From sequence record OK040907: 64,000 nucleotides of DNA. One strand, given 5' to 3'. The position numbers were made by a program, and so were the translations under genes. The notes under the pieces were generated by a model. That model was not told the origin of the DNA, did no database searches, and saw only the letters and a program-made list of their open reading frames with translations. Below, in pieces: positions 39,584 through 50,560 of the stretch (its first letter is position 1; every line of letters starts with the position of its first letter). The stretch comes from Enterobacteria phage Ac3.

Positions 39584-39659
39584 TGGTGCTGATTGACGGA
39601 ATCGAACCGCCGACCTTCTCATTACAAGTGAGTTGCTCTACCTACTGAGCTAAATCAGC
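39584..39659 (-). tRNA. tRNA-Thr (anticodon UGU)
   Basis: D-arm TAGCTCAGTAGGTAGAGC, anticodon loop CTTGTAA, T-loop TTCGATT, CCA encoded. Confidence 0.85.
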
Positions 39660-39664
39660 AAAAC

Positions 39665-39754
39665 TGGCGGAGGTGATAGGATTCGAACCTATGAATCGCC
39701 GGAGCGACTGCCGGTTTTCAAGACCGGTGCATTCAACCACTCTGCCACACCTCC
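39665..39754 (-). tRNA. tRNA-Ser (anticodon UGA), type II
   Basis: Acceptor GGAGGTG/CACCTCC, anticodon loop CTTGAAA, long variable arm, T-loop TTCGAAT, CCA encoded. Confidence 0.85.
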
Positions 39755-39760
39755 AAATAT

Positions 39761-40411
39761 TTATATATTGTTAATTTGATTTAGAATTCTTTTTGCTTGA
39801 GTATGACTTACGCCAATATGCTTAGCATATTTAGATAATTCACCACGCTTAGAAAAATCATATAATTTAGAAATTTCTATTCTTCTTTTTCTTTCATCCG
39901 CAGAAACTTTTGCTTCGTTTGCTTTTGCTATTTTACGTTTAGCTTCTTGAGAATGAGTTTTACCAGCAAAGCCATTCTTCATTAATCCATTTGAAGACCA
40001 TCCTTTTAATTTTCCGTTAGAATGTGCCTTTTTAACACCCAATGAAATTAATTCGCGCTGCTGATCTGTCATAGGATAATTATTTATATGATCCCATCCA
40101 CCTTCACCGCCAAGTTTTAAATTATACACATCTGGTCTATTTAAAAACTCTTCTGTAACAATATTTTTCTCGGCTTCAAGCATAGATTCTTTATCATCAA
40201 AATACTCTAATATTTCTTTAGAAAAATTTTCTATACCATATTTATCTTGGGCTCTTTTTAATAATTTACCAGAACCCATATATCCATCATCTAAATTTTC
40301 GGTAGAATGCACACCAATATAAATTTTATTATTAATTTTATTTGTTATTTTATAAAGATAAAAATGCATATCAGTCCCTAATAAAGAACTGAGCGTCTCA
40401 CGACGAGTCAT
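39761..40411 (-). CDS. segB: GIY-YIG homing endonuclease SegB-like
   Basis: 216 aa; FYLYKITNKINNKIYIGVH GIY-YIG motif; embedded inside the tRNA cluster. Confidence 0.8.
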   Translation of the reverse strand: MTRRETLSSLLGTDMHFYLYKITNKINNKIYIGVHSTENLDDGYMGSGKLLKRAQDKYGIENFSKEILEYFDDKESMLEAEKNIVTEEFLNRPDVYNLKLGGEGGWDHINNYPMTDQQRELISLGVKKAHSNGKLKGWSSNGLMKNGFAGKTHSQEAKRKIAKANEAKVSADERKRRIEISKLYDFSKRGELSKYAKHIGVSHTQAKRILNQINNI

Positions 40412-40414
40412 AAA

Positions 40415-40489
<75 letters not shown>

Positions 40490-40493
40490 AAAT

Positions 40494-40580
40494 TTGGTGC
40501 GAGAAGTGGGACTCGAACCCACAAGGAAATCATTCCGCAGCATTTTAAGTGCTGTGCCTTTACCAATTTGACCATTCTCG
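40494..40580 (-). tRNA. tRNA-Leu (anticodon UAA), type II
   Basis: Acceptor GCGAGAA/TTCTCGC, anticodon loop CTTAAAA, long variable arm, T-loop TTCGAGT, CCA encoded. Confidence 0.85.
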
Positions 40581-40581
40581 C

Positions 40582-40654
40582 GCTGGGAATAAAGGACTCG
40601 AACCTTTGCATCCTGGAATCAAAATCCAGTGCCTTACCAACTTGGCTAATTCCC
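40582..40654 (-). tRNA. tRNA-Gln (anticodon UUG)
   Basis: Acceptor TGGGAAT/ATTCCCA, anticodon loop TTTTGAT, T-loop TTCGAGT; 1 nt from tRNA-Leu. Confidence 0.85.
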
Positions 40655-40752
40655 AATTATTAACAAAGGCTCTCAAGCAAGAACCCTTGATGATAGAGGG
40701 TATTAATCAGTGCGGTATGAGTTAATAATAACAAATAATTCTTAAAGCATAT

Positions 40753-41040
40753 TTACCATTTATGATAATACATATTTACGATGCACTCAAGACCCAAAGG
40801 ATTCTTGAAAATATCATATTCAAGAGGACCTTTTTCTGTTTCAATAAAGAAATCAAAATTTACTGTATTAAATTTATGGTCTTCCTTCACTAATTTAACT
40901 TGAGAAGATGAACGGTCAATGTAAACTTTTTCAACTTCAAAACATGTTAAAATACCATAATCATCAATCAAGGCTTTAGCTGCTTCTTGATCATATTTAT
41001 ATCCATTTTCAATGGATGATACTTTTGCATAAAGAATCAT
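40753..41040 (-). CDS. hypothetical protein
   Basis: 95-aa ORF. Confidence 0.5.
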   Translation of the reverse strand: MILYAKVSSIENGYKYDQEAAKALIDDYGILTCFEVEKVYIDRSSSQVKLVKEDHKFNTVNFDFFIETEKGPLEYDIFKNPLGLECIVNMYYHKW

Positions 41041-41043
41041 TAT

Positions 41044-41463
41044 TTACCCTTCATCAACAATAGTATGAGTGTGGGCATTTACAATTTGCCACCAATCAAA
41101 GCGATTAGAACCATACATTGGTTTGTTCTCATTTTCTTTGATAATGTCACGGAGTTCATCTTCGGTAGCGGCTTTCGCGATTAAATCAGCATATCCACCG
41201 CGAGGATAATAATTATCACCTGCAAAAAGTAAAAAGTTTGGTTTAATGTTATTGAACTCTTCAAGAGTAATAACTGTTCCACCAGGTTGAACAATATCTA
41301 CATAACTATATCCTAATTTTTGAGCAGCATCTACTGCTTCAAGCAGGGTATCATGAGCCCATCCAATTTGGCAATCTGGCTTTTCAGATGGATTAGCCTG
41401 ATAATCTGCATATACTTTATACATTCTACTCACCTTTAGAAATTTTATCCATAACGATAGCAA
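41044..41463 (-). CDS. hypothetical protein
   Basis: 139-aa ORF. Confidence 0.5.
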   Translation of the reverse strand: MLSLWIKFLKVSRMYKVYADYQANPSEKPDCQIGWAHDTLLEAVDAAQKLGYSYVDIVQPGGTVITLEEFNNIKPNFLLFAGDNYYPRGGYADLIAKAATEDELRDIIKENENKPMYGSNRFDWWQIVNAHTHTIVDEG

Positions 41464-41611
41464 TTAAACCAATTAAAAATGCTACTACAAGTGAAAATAC
41501 ATTTTCTGCTGTAGTTAATAATCCGCATATAAATCCAACAAACATTGAAAAACTAAAAGCGGAAGCAGAAATTGCAATAGCAACATTTCGAATTAATTCA
41601 CAACGTTTCAT
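41426..41611 (-). CDS. small membrane protein
   Basis: 61 aa, mostly hydrophobic. Confidence 0.45.
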   Translation of the reverse strand: MKRCELIRNVAIAISASAFSFSMFVGFICGLLTTAENVFSLVVAFLIGLIAIVMDKISKGE

Positions 41612-41637
41612 TTTATTCTCCTCAGTAGTTGATAGGG

Positions 41638-41670
41638 TAATAGTATCACAACTAAAACCCTATGTAAACA
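41638..41670 (-). promoter_or_regulatory. T4-type early promoter
   Basis: minus-strand TTTCACAAAGTTGTTTACA (-35) and TGTGATACTATTACCCTATCAACTA (-10 region). Confidence 0.5.
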
Positions 41671-41681
41671 ACTTTGTGAAA

Positions 41682-41939
41682 TTATTTTAAATCTTCTAAT
41701 CGTTTCTTCATCTTAGAACCATTTTTAGCGATTTCTCCTGCGTCAGAGCATAATGCTAAAAGTGCTTTAACTTTAGTTTGGTCTCCTTTAAAAGACGAAG
41801 GATCGACTGCAGCAGCAAGTTCTTTAATACGAGAGAAAAGACGCTCAGCTTCAGCTAAAGCCATTCCAAGCTTTACTTCCATACCATGAGAAGATTCAGT
41901 GATAATAGTTTCTGTAGCAAACTCTTTATAAGTTTTCAT
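41682..41939 (-). CDS. internal protein I-like (capsid targeting sequence)
   Basis: 85 aa starting MKTYKEFATE; position next to 57B as T4 ipI. Confidence 0.6.
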   Translation of the reverse strand: MKTYKEFATETIITESSHGMEVKLGMALAEAERLFSRIKELAAAVDPSSFKGDQTKVKALLALCSDAGEIAKNGSKMKKRLEDLK

Positions 41940-41969
41940 TTTATTTTTCCTAATTAATTTTGATGAGGT

Positions 41970-42001
41970 AATAGTATCACTACCTCATCATCGTGTAAAC
42001 A
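41970..42001 (-). promoter_or_regulatory. T4-type early promoter
   Basis: minus-strand GTTTACA -35 and GTGATACTATTACC -10 within an inverted repeat. Confidence 0.45.
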
Positions 42002-42012
42002 ACTTTGTGAAA

Positions 42013-42709
<697 letters not shown>

Positions 42710-42710
<1 letters not shown>

Positions 42711-43435
42711 TATAGTACCTTTAGTGTATTTTTAATTTTAGAAAAAAGTTCTTCAAGAGAACCATCGTTTGTAATTACTAAATCACCATCACGAATTGGC
42801 AATCCAGCTTCTGTAATATGTGTATCATTGGATTTTTGACCAGGACGAACTACATGAATTACTGTAGCACCCATCGCCCTAGCCGCATCCATTTCATGAT
42901 CTTGACGAGTATCAGAAACGATATAATAATCATAACCTGAGTTAAATTTATCAAGATAATCTAAAGCAAATAATTTTACCCAGTACATGCGGTCGAAGTT
43001 ATTAACAATCAAATCCGTACCTAGGGCTTGCATCAGACGACGGACTGACCATTGATCTTCAATATTATTTATAACGTCAATAATCTTGTTAAATGCTACG
43101 GAATTAACTGATTCTTTTCCTTCGTCATCAAAAACAAACACACCTTTAATTGGGCTTTTACCATTAAGATAGCAAAATGCTTGTTCCATAATCGTGATTA
43201 CTTCTAATTTAGTCAGATTTAAATTAGTCTCACGATCATAGTCAATTCCTTCAAACTCTTTACGGGTTAAGCAAGGATAGTCAGTGTTTGCCGCAAATAC
43301 TCCCCATGCATAAGCCAATGCATCCTTAATAGGACCAGCAAGTTGGTATTTAACTGCAGAATAATTGCTCATGATAAAATCAGCAGTAGTATCTTTTCCA
43401 CTACGCTTTACACCGCTTAAAAAGATTAGTTTCAT
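42710..43435 (-). CDS. 1: deoxynucleoside monophosphate kinase
   Basis: 241 aa from ATG 43435 (MKLIFLSGVKRSGKDT P-loop) with GGAGA SD; ORF track starts at an upstream M. Confidence 0.9.
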
Positions 43436-43484
43436 GTGTTTCTCCTCAAATTTAATTAAGATTATAACACACAAAACTGAAGCA

Positions 43485-44015
43485 TTAAACTTCCGCTATA
43501 ATTTTTCCATCTTTTTCTACTTGAAAATAGGTGTAAGGAATCGTTGCAGTACATACTAAAGCCGGGTCTGAATCTTCTGTGTAGCTAAATTCTACTTCAG
43601 ATAGGTCAGAAACCCAAGGCTTATAAAAATTTATTGACATCACTATTTCAGTTTTGCTATTATCTAAGATGTAAAGCGTAATGTACTCAGGACCTGTTTT
43701 TTGGGCAGTATTTTCACCTGTAAGATAGTTGCTAGTTCCTAGCATCCATTCATACATTCCTATCCACGACTTAAGTTCTTCATCAACTATAAATCTCACA
43801 ATGAGTGGATCATACTCAAATGTAACACCTGGACGTTGTGCTCGGCCCAGTCCAAACGGCCCAGTCACGGTATCAGTAACAGGTATTCTAATTCCTGGAA
43901 TAGGAACTGACTGAGCATTTAAAGTAAAAGCAGATGTAGTATTACTATGTGGTATTGATACTACAAAGTTAGTTGTATTTGCTTGGTTAAAAATTTGTTG
44001 CAGAGCTTGCGACAT
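43485..44015 (-). CDS. 3: gp3 tail tube terminator / sheath stabiliser
   Basis: 176 aa from ATG 44015 with GAGGA SD; gene order 3-2-4 as in T4. Confidence 0.85.
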   Translation of the reverse strand: MSQALQQIFNQANTTNFVVSIPHSNTTSAFTLNAQSVPIPGIRIPVTDTVTGPFGLGRAQRPGVTFEYDPLIVRFIVDEELKSWIGMYEWMLGTSNYLTGENTAQKTGPEYITLYILDNSKTEIVMSINFYKPWVSDLSEVEFSYTEDSDPALVCTATIPYTYFQVEKDGKIIAEV

Positions 44016-44121
44016 ATATTCCTCATAATGCTTTATAACTGTTGGTGGTATAATGGGTCTAAGTCCCTTCCATTCAATTTCATTTAGAACAAACAACAGA
44101 AAAGAATGGAAGATAATAGAA

Positions 44122-44946
44122 TTAGATATTTGACCAGACTTTGTTTGCAGAGAAACGTTTTCCTTTTGAAACGAACTGCTGAAGTGGCATTAACACAACG
44201 TTCGCCCAGTCTTTCGGGGCGATTTCAACAAGGCTACCCATAATATTACCGGGTATATATGCCTTAATCATTTGATCTGCACCCCTAAATCCTTTCACTT
44301 GACTCCAATCAATTTTTAATTTCGTTTTATTAGTAATAGTAGGTGTATTTGCATATTGCTTTAAAAGCTCTTCTAGGAATTGCTGACGAGCTTTAGGTGG
44401 AATATAGTGCAAGTTTAATCCGTACATTAAATTATGCTTACCTAAACCAAGGTAAATTATCAAAGGAAATTTATCCCAGTAAGGAAGAGTTTCCTTGTGT
44501 TTAGCATCATAAGCAAAAGCATATATTCGCCCCGGCTGCGGGCGAACAACTTTATGTCCTTTTACTTGCTTAATAGTTTCGGCAAACCATTTTCTGGTTT
44601 TATTATTAATTGCTGCACCTTCATTACGAATTTTATCGCGCAATGTTTGTCTGAATGAATTTATCATAAGCAGTTGTCTTTCTTGCTTATTGAGCTTATT
44701 CATTGGTTTTGATTCAAGCTTTTGAATCTTTTCAGCCGTTTTAATTCCTGAAGCATATTTTGACATTGCTGAAGTAAACGTAGAGTATTTGATTCCTCTT
44801 TCTTCAGCAAATTGCTTTCCTGTCATTCCTTTTGCTTTGGCCTTTTTATATTCAAGACCTATCTGAATCCATTTCTTTTCGTTTAATGATTGCTTAACCT
44901 TTGGAACTTGGGGTGTGCTTTCATTAATTATTTGAAAAATAGCCAT
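44122..44946 (-). CDS. 2: gp2 DNA end protector
   Basis: 274 aa, size and position match T4 gp2. Confidence 0.85.
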
Positions 44947-45398
44947 TATGCCCCCTTAAAGCCAAGAGCTCGTAATCCATCTTCTGTTAGAATTCTAAAT
45001 TTTATTCCACGCTTTTCAGCTAAAGATTGTGCTGCTTTCCATTTGTCAGTGTTCACAGACCAGGTATAAATTTCATTCATAAATCTTTTCTTCGCTGCAG
45101 TTGTTAGATGTGCTGGTTTAACTGGTGGTTGTGTTTCTTTTTTAGGTTTTATTTCAATAAAAAATTCTTGTCCAGAAGAATCTTTCATCCAAATATCCAT
45201 GAAGTATCTACGTTTTTTCCCTTCGGCATTACAAAAATAAGGAATTACTGCTGTTTCACTACCCCATGCAATAATTTCTGGATTTTTATCTAACCATTCA
45301 AAAAAGAATTTTTCCCAATTTGATCTATACGTAATTTTTTTAGGGTCACCTCTATATTTTGATATATTTTTAGGAACCCATTTTCCAGAATATGCCAT
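44946..45398 (-). CDS. 4: gp4 head completion protein
   Basis: 150 aa, size and position match T4 gp4. Confidence 0.85.
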
Positions 45399-45409
45399 TG
45401 GATTCTCCT

Positions 45410-45417
45410 TATAAATA
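45410..45417 (+). promoter_or_regulatory. late promoter TATAAATA (gene 53 and baseplate operon)
   Basis: plus-strand TATAAATA 29 nt upstream of gene 53 ATG; AGGAGG SD at 45436. Confidence 0.55.
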
Positions 45418-45424
45418 GATAATA

Positions 45425-45432
45425 TATTTATA
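45425..45432 (-). promoter_or_regulatory. late promoter TATAAATA (gene 4, divergent)
   Basis: minus-strand TATAAATA about 27 nt upstream of gene 4 start. Confidence 0.5.
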
Positions 45433-45445
45433 AACAGGAGGGCCC

Positions 45446-46036
45446 ATGCTCTTTACATTTTTTGATCCGATTGAATATGCGGCCAAAACGGTGAATAAAA
45501 ACGCGCCGACTATTCCTATGACAGATATTTTTAGAAACTATAAAGACTATTTCAAACGTGCTCTTGCGGGATACCGCTTACGTACTTATTATATTAAAGG
45601 TTCACCACGCCCGGAAGAATTAGCAAATACTATATATGGAAATCCGCAGTTGTATTGGGTTTTATTGATGTGTAATGATAATTATGACCCGTATTATGGA
45701 TGGATTACTTCACAAGAAGCTGCTTATCAAGCATCTATACAAAAATACAAAAACGTAGGTGGAGACCAAATAGTATATCATGTGAATGAAAACGGTGAAA
45801 AATTTTATAATTTAGTATCATACGATGATAATCCATATGTTTGGTATGATAAAGGCGATAAAGCTAAAAAATATCCTCAATATGAAGGAGCGCTTGCTGC
45901 GGTCGATACGTATGAAGCTGCTGTTCTTGAAAATGAAAAACTTCGTCAAATAAAAATAATAGCAAAATCAGACATCAATTCATTTATGAACGACCTTATA
46001 CGTATAATGGAGAAATCTTATGGAAATGATAAGTAA
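45446..46036 (+). CDS. 53: gp53 baseplate wedge protein
   Basis: 196 aa, matches T4 gp53. Confidence 0.9.
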   Translation: MLFTFFDPIEYAAKTVNKNAPTIPMTDIFRNYKDYFKRALAGYRLRTYYIKGSPRPEELANTIYGNPQLYWVLLMCNDNYDPYYGWITSQEAAYQASIQKYKNVGGDQIVYHVNENGEKFYNLVSYDDNPYVWYDKGDKAKKYPQYEGALAAVDTYEAAVLENEKLRQIKIIAKSDINSFMNDLIRIMEKSYGNDK

Positions 46037-47747
46037 TAACCTTAATTGGTTTGTTGGTGTTGTTGAAGATAGAATGGACCCATTAAAATTAGGTCGTGTT
46101 CGTGTTCGTGTGGTTGGTCTGCATCCACCTCAAAGAGCACAAGGTGATGTAATGGGTATTCCAACTGAAAAATTACCATGGATGTCAGTTATTCAACCTA
46201 TAACTTCTGCAGCAATGTCTGGAATTGGAGGCTCCGTTACTGGACCGGTAGAAGGAACTAGAGTTTATGGTCATTTTTTAGACAAATGGAAAACCAACGG
46301 AATTGTCCTTGGCACGTATGGTGGAATAGTTCGCGAAAAACCGAATAGACTTGAAGGATTTTCTGATCCAACTGGACAATATCCTAGACGTTTAGGAAAT
46401 GATACTAACGTACTAAACCAAGGCGGTGATGTAGGATATGATTCCTCTTCTAATGTTATTCAAGATAGTAACTTAGACACTGCAATAAATCCTGATGATA
46501 GACCACTATCAGAGATTCCAACTGATGATAATCCAAACATGTCAATGGCTGAAATGCTTCGCCGTGATGAAGGATTAAGACTAAAAGTTTATTGGGATAC
46601 TGAAGGATATCCGACAATTGGTATTGGTCATCTTATCATGAAGCAGCCAGTTCGTGATATGGCTCAAATTAATAAAGTTTTATCAAAACAAGTTGGTCGT
46701 GAAATTACAGGAAATCCAGGTTCTATTACAATGGAAGAAGCGACGACTTTATTTGAGCGTGATTTGGCTGATATGCAACGTGACATTAAATCACATTCTA
46801 AAGTAGGACCAGTCTGGCAAGCTGTCAACCGTTCTCGTCAAATGGCATTAGAAAATATGGCATTTCAGATGGGTGTTGGCGGTGTAGCTAAATTTAACAC
46901 AATGTTAACTGCTATGTTAGCAGGAGATTGGGAAAAAGCATATAAAGCCGGTCGTGATTCATTGTGGTATCAACAAACAAAAGGCCGTGCATCCCGTGTT
47001 ACCATGATTATTCTTACGGGGAATTTGGAATCATATGGTGTTGAAGTGAAAACTCCAGCTAGGTCTTTATCGGCAATGGCTGCGACTGTAGCTAAATCTT
47101 CTGACCCTGCTGACCCTCCTATTCCAAATGACTCGAGAATTTTATTCAAAGAACCAGTTTCTTCATATAAAGGCGAATATCCGTATGTTCACACAATGGA
47201 AACTGAAAGCGGTCATATTCAGGAATTTGATGATACCCCTGGGCAAGAACGATACAGATTAGTTCATCCAACTGGAACTTATGAAGAAGTATCACCGTCA
47301 GGAAGAAGAACAAGAAAAACTGTTGATAATTTGTATGATATAACAAATGCTGATGGTAATTTTTTGGTAGCCGGCGATAAAAAGACTAACGTCGGTGGAT
47401 CAGAAATTTATTACAACATGGATAATCGTCTTCACCAAATAGATGGAAGCAATACGATATTTGTGCGTGGAGATGAAACTAAGACAGTTGAAGGTAATGG
47501 AACTATCCTAGTTAAAGGTAATGTTACTATTGTAGTTGAAGGTAATGCTGACATTACAGTTAAAGGAGATGCTACCACTTTAGTTGAAGGAAATCAAACT
47601 AATACAGTAAATGGAAATCTTTCTTGGAAAGTTGCTGGGACAGTTGATTGGGACGTTGGTGGTGATTGGACAGAAAAAATGGCATCTATGAGTTCTATTT
47701 CATCTGGTCAATACACAATTGATGGATCGAGGATTGACATTGGCTAA
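46020..47747 (+). CDS. 5: gp5 baseplate hub / tail-associated lysozyme
   Basis: 575 aa; internal lysozyme domain MAEMLRRDEGLRLKVYWDTEGYPTIGIGHLI; C-terminal beta-helix repeats (VEGN..., VKGN...). Confidence 0.95.
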   Translation: MEMISNNLNWFVGVVEDRMDPLKLGRVRVRVVGLHPPQRAQGDVMGIPTEKLPWMSVIQPITSAAMSGIGGSVTGPVEGTRVYGHFLDKWKTNGIVLGTYGGIVREKPNRLEGFSDPTGQYPRRLGNDTNVLNQGGDVGYDSSSNVIQDSNLDTAINPDDRPLSEIPTDDNPNMSMAEMLRRDEGLRLKVYWDTEGYPTIGIGHLIMKQPVRDMAQINKVLSKQVGREITGNPGSITMEEATTLFERDLADMQRDIKSHSKVGPVWQAVNRSRQMALENMAFQMGVGGVAKFNTMLTAMLAGDWEKAYKAGRDSLWYQQTKGRASRVTMIILTGNLESYGVEVKTPARSLSAMAATVAKSSDPADPPIPNDSRILFKEPVSSYKGEYPYVHTMETESGHIQEFDDTPGQERYRLVHPTGTYEEVSPSGRRTRKTVDNLYDITNADGNFLVAGDKKTNVGGSEIYYNMDNRLHQIDGSNTIFVRGDETKTVEGNGTILVKGNVTIVVEGNADITVKGDATTLVEGNQTNTVNGNLSWKVAGTVDWDVGGDWTEKMASMSSISSGQYTIDGSRIDIG

Positions 47748-48276
47748 TATACTTCCAATGAGCGCTGATTTAGGAGAATCCATGGAAGGTTCTTCTATCG
47801 ACGTCACCTTTACCGCTCAATTAGAAACGGGTGAAACGTTAGTATCTATAAATATAACTAGTTACGAAGAAACTCCTGGGGTTTTAGTAGAAGAAAATCG
47901 CTTATATGGAACATATGAATCTGTATTTGGTTTCGGAAATGACGCGTTGAAATATCGTTTAGGCGATGAATTTAAAACTGCTGCTTCATGGGAAGAACTT
48001 CCTACTGATTCTGATACTCAGTTGTATTTGTGGAAAGCTCCTCAAAATCTCCAGAAGACATTCACTTACGAAGTAACATTAATATATGACTACCAAGAAC
48101 AAAGTGAATCTGGAGGTTCTGGCAGTAATTCTAGGTCATCTTCTGATGCTACTGAACCAACCGATCCTCCAGCTCCAATAAGAAAAACTCTTGTTAAAAA
48201 TTACACAAAAACTATAGTTGGAAATTGGAGCCGTTGGGCTAATAAATTGAGAAGCTACGTATATGAGAGGCAATAA
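47719..48276 (+). CDS. 5.1: gp5.1-like hypothetical protein
   Basis: 185-aa ORF between genes 5 and 5.4. Confidence 0.55.
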
Positions 48277-48569
48277 TGTCAGGATTAAGTTATGATAAAT
48301 GTGTTACTGCTGGTCATGAAGCGTGGCCTCCAACAGTTGTGAATGCTACACAAAGTAAAGTATTCACTGGAGGAATTGCTGTTCTAGTAGCAGGCGATCC
48401 AATTACAGAACATACAGAAATTAAAAAGCCATATGAAACACATGGCGGAGTGACACAACCCAGAACTTCTAAGGTATATGTCACTGGAAAGAAAGCTGTT
48501 CAAATGGCTGATCCAATATCATGCGGTGATACTGTGGCTCAGGCATCATCTAAAGTATTCATTAAATAG
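48276..48569 (+). CDS. 5.4: PAAR-repeat spike tip protein
   Basis: 97 aa, size and sequence match T4 gp5.4. Confidence 0.75.
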
Positions 48570-48577
48570 GATTTAAA

Positions 48578-50560
48578 ATGGCAAATACCCCTGTAAATTA
48601 TCAATTAACAAGAACAGCAAATGCTATTCCCGAGATATTCGTCGGGGGTACGTTTGCTGAAATAAAACAAAACCTCATTGAATGGCTTAATGGCCAAAAT
48701 GAATTTTTGGATTATGATTTTGAAGGCTCAAGATTAAACGTTCTGTGTGACCTTTTAGCTTATAATACATTATACATTCAGCAGTTTGGTAATGCTGCTG
48801 TGTATGAAAGCTTTATGCGTACTGCTAACTTACGAAGTTCAGTTGTTCAAGCTGCACAAGATAACGGATATTTACCTACTTCAAAATCCGCTGCGCAGAC
48901 CGAAATTATGTTAACATGCACCGACGCATTGAATAGGAATTACATTACAATTCCTCGCGGAACTCGCTTTTTAGCATATGCAAAAGATACTTCTGTTAAT
49001 CCATACAACTTCGTTTCTACCGAAGACGTTATTGCTATTCGTGATAAAAATAACCAATATTTTCCGCGTTTAAAATTGGCCCAGGGACGTATAGTAAGAA
49101 CTGAAATCATTTATGATAAATTAACACCTATTATCATTTATGATAAAAATATTGATAGAAACCAGGTTAAATTATATGTTGATGGAGCGGAATGGATTAA
49201 CTGGACGAGAAAGTCAATGGTTCATGCTGGTTCAACATCAACGATTTACTATATGCGTGAAACTATTGATGGAAACACTGAATTCTATTTTGGCGAAGGT
49301 GAAATTTCTGTTAATGCTTCTGAAGGAGCTTTGACCGCTAATTATATCGGAGGTCTTAAACCTACCCAGAACTCTACGATTGTTATTGAGTACATCAGTA
49401 CTAACGGTGCAGATGCGAATGGCGCAGTCGGATTTTCATATGCAGATACATTAACAAATATAACTGTCATCAATATTAATGAAAATCCAAACGACGACCC
49501 AGATTTTGTCGGAGCAGATGGCGGCGGTGATCCAGAAGATATTGAACGTATTCGTGAATTGGGTACTATTAAGCGTGAAACTCAGCAGCGATGTGTAACT
49601 GCGACAGATTATGATACATTTGTCTCAGAAAGATTTGGTTCTATTATTCAAGCCGTTCAGACTTTCACTGATTCTACTAAACCTGGTTATGCATTTATTG
49701 CTGCTAAACCTAAATCAGGATTGTATTTAACTACTGTGCAGCGTGAAGATATTAAAAATTATCTCAAAGATTATAATTTAGCACCTATTACACCATCAAT
49801 TATTTCTCCTAATTATCTTTTTATTAAGACTAATTTAAAAGTCACATATGCTTTAAATAAGCTGCAAGAATCTGAACAGTGGCTTGAAGGTCAAATAATT
49901 GATAAAATTGACCGCTATTATACTGAAGATGTAGAAATTTTTAACTCATCTTTCGCTAAGTCTAAGATGTTAACTTATGTAGATGATGCAGATCATTCTA
50001 TCATTGGTTCATCAGCGACAATTCAAATTGTTCGTGAAGTACAAAACTTCTATAAAACGCCTGAAGCAGGTATTAAATACAATAATCAAATAAAAGATCG
50101 TTCTATGGAATCTAATACGTTTTCATTTAATTCTGGACGAAAGGTTGTAAATCCTGATACTGGTTTAGAAGAAGATGTATTATACGATGTTCGTATAGTA
50201 TCAACTGACAGAGATTCTAAAGGAATTGGTAAAGTTATTATCGGTCCATTTGCTCCTGGCGATGTTACAGAAAATGAAAACATTCAGCCGTATACAGGCA
50301 ACGATTTTAACAAATTAATAAACTCCACCGGACGCGACAAATACTATGTTATCGGTGAAATAAACTATCCAGCCGATACAATTTATTGGAATATCGCTAA
50401 AATTAATTTAACATCTGAAAAATTTGAAGTTCAGACTATTGAATTATATTCTGACCCAACCGATGATGTTATCTTTACTCGCGATGGTTCACTGATTGTA
50501 TTTGAAAATGACTTACGTCCACAATACTTAACTATCGATTTGGAGCCTATATCACAATGA
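48578..50560 (+). CDS. 6: gp6 baseplate wedge protein
   Basis: 660 aa, matches T4 gp6. Confidence 0.9.
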   Translation: MANTPVNYQLTRTANAIPEIFVGGTFAEIKQNLIEWLNGQNEFLDYDFEGSRLNVLCDLLAYNTLYIQQFGNAAVYESFMRTANLRSSVVQAAQDNGYLPTSKSAAQTEIMLTCTDALNRNYITIPRGTRFLAYAKDTSVNPYNFVSTEDVIAIRDKNNQYFPRLKLAQGRIVRTEIIYDKLTPIIIYDKNIDRNQVKLYVDGAEWINWTRKSMVHAGSTSTIYYMRETIDGNTEFYFGEGEISVNASEGALTANYIGGLKPTQNSTIVIEYISTNGADANGAVGFSYADTLTNITVININENPNDDPDFVGADGGGDPEDIERIRELGTIKRETQQRCVTATDYDTFVSERFGSIIQAVQTFTDSTKPGYAFIAAKPKSGLYLTTVQREDIKNYLKDYNLAPITPSIISPNYLFIKTNLKVTYALNKLQESEQWLEGQIIDKIDRYYTEDVEIFNSSFAKSKMLTYVDDADHSIIGSSATIQIVREVQNFYKTPEAGIKYNNQIKDRSMESNTFSFNSGRKVVNPDTGLEEDVLYDVRIVSTDRDSKGIGKVIIGPFAPGDVTENENIQPYTGNDFNKLINSTGRDKYYVIGEINYPADTIYWNIAKINLTSEKFEVQTIELYSDPTDDVIFTRDGSLIVFENDLRPQYLTIDLEPISQ

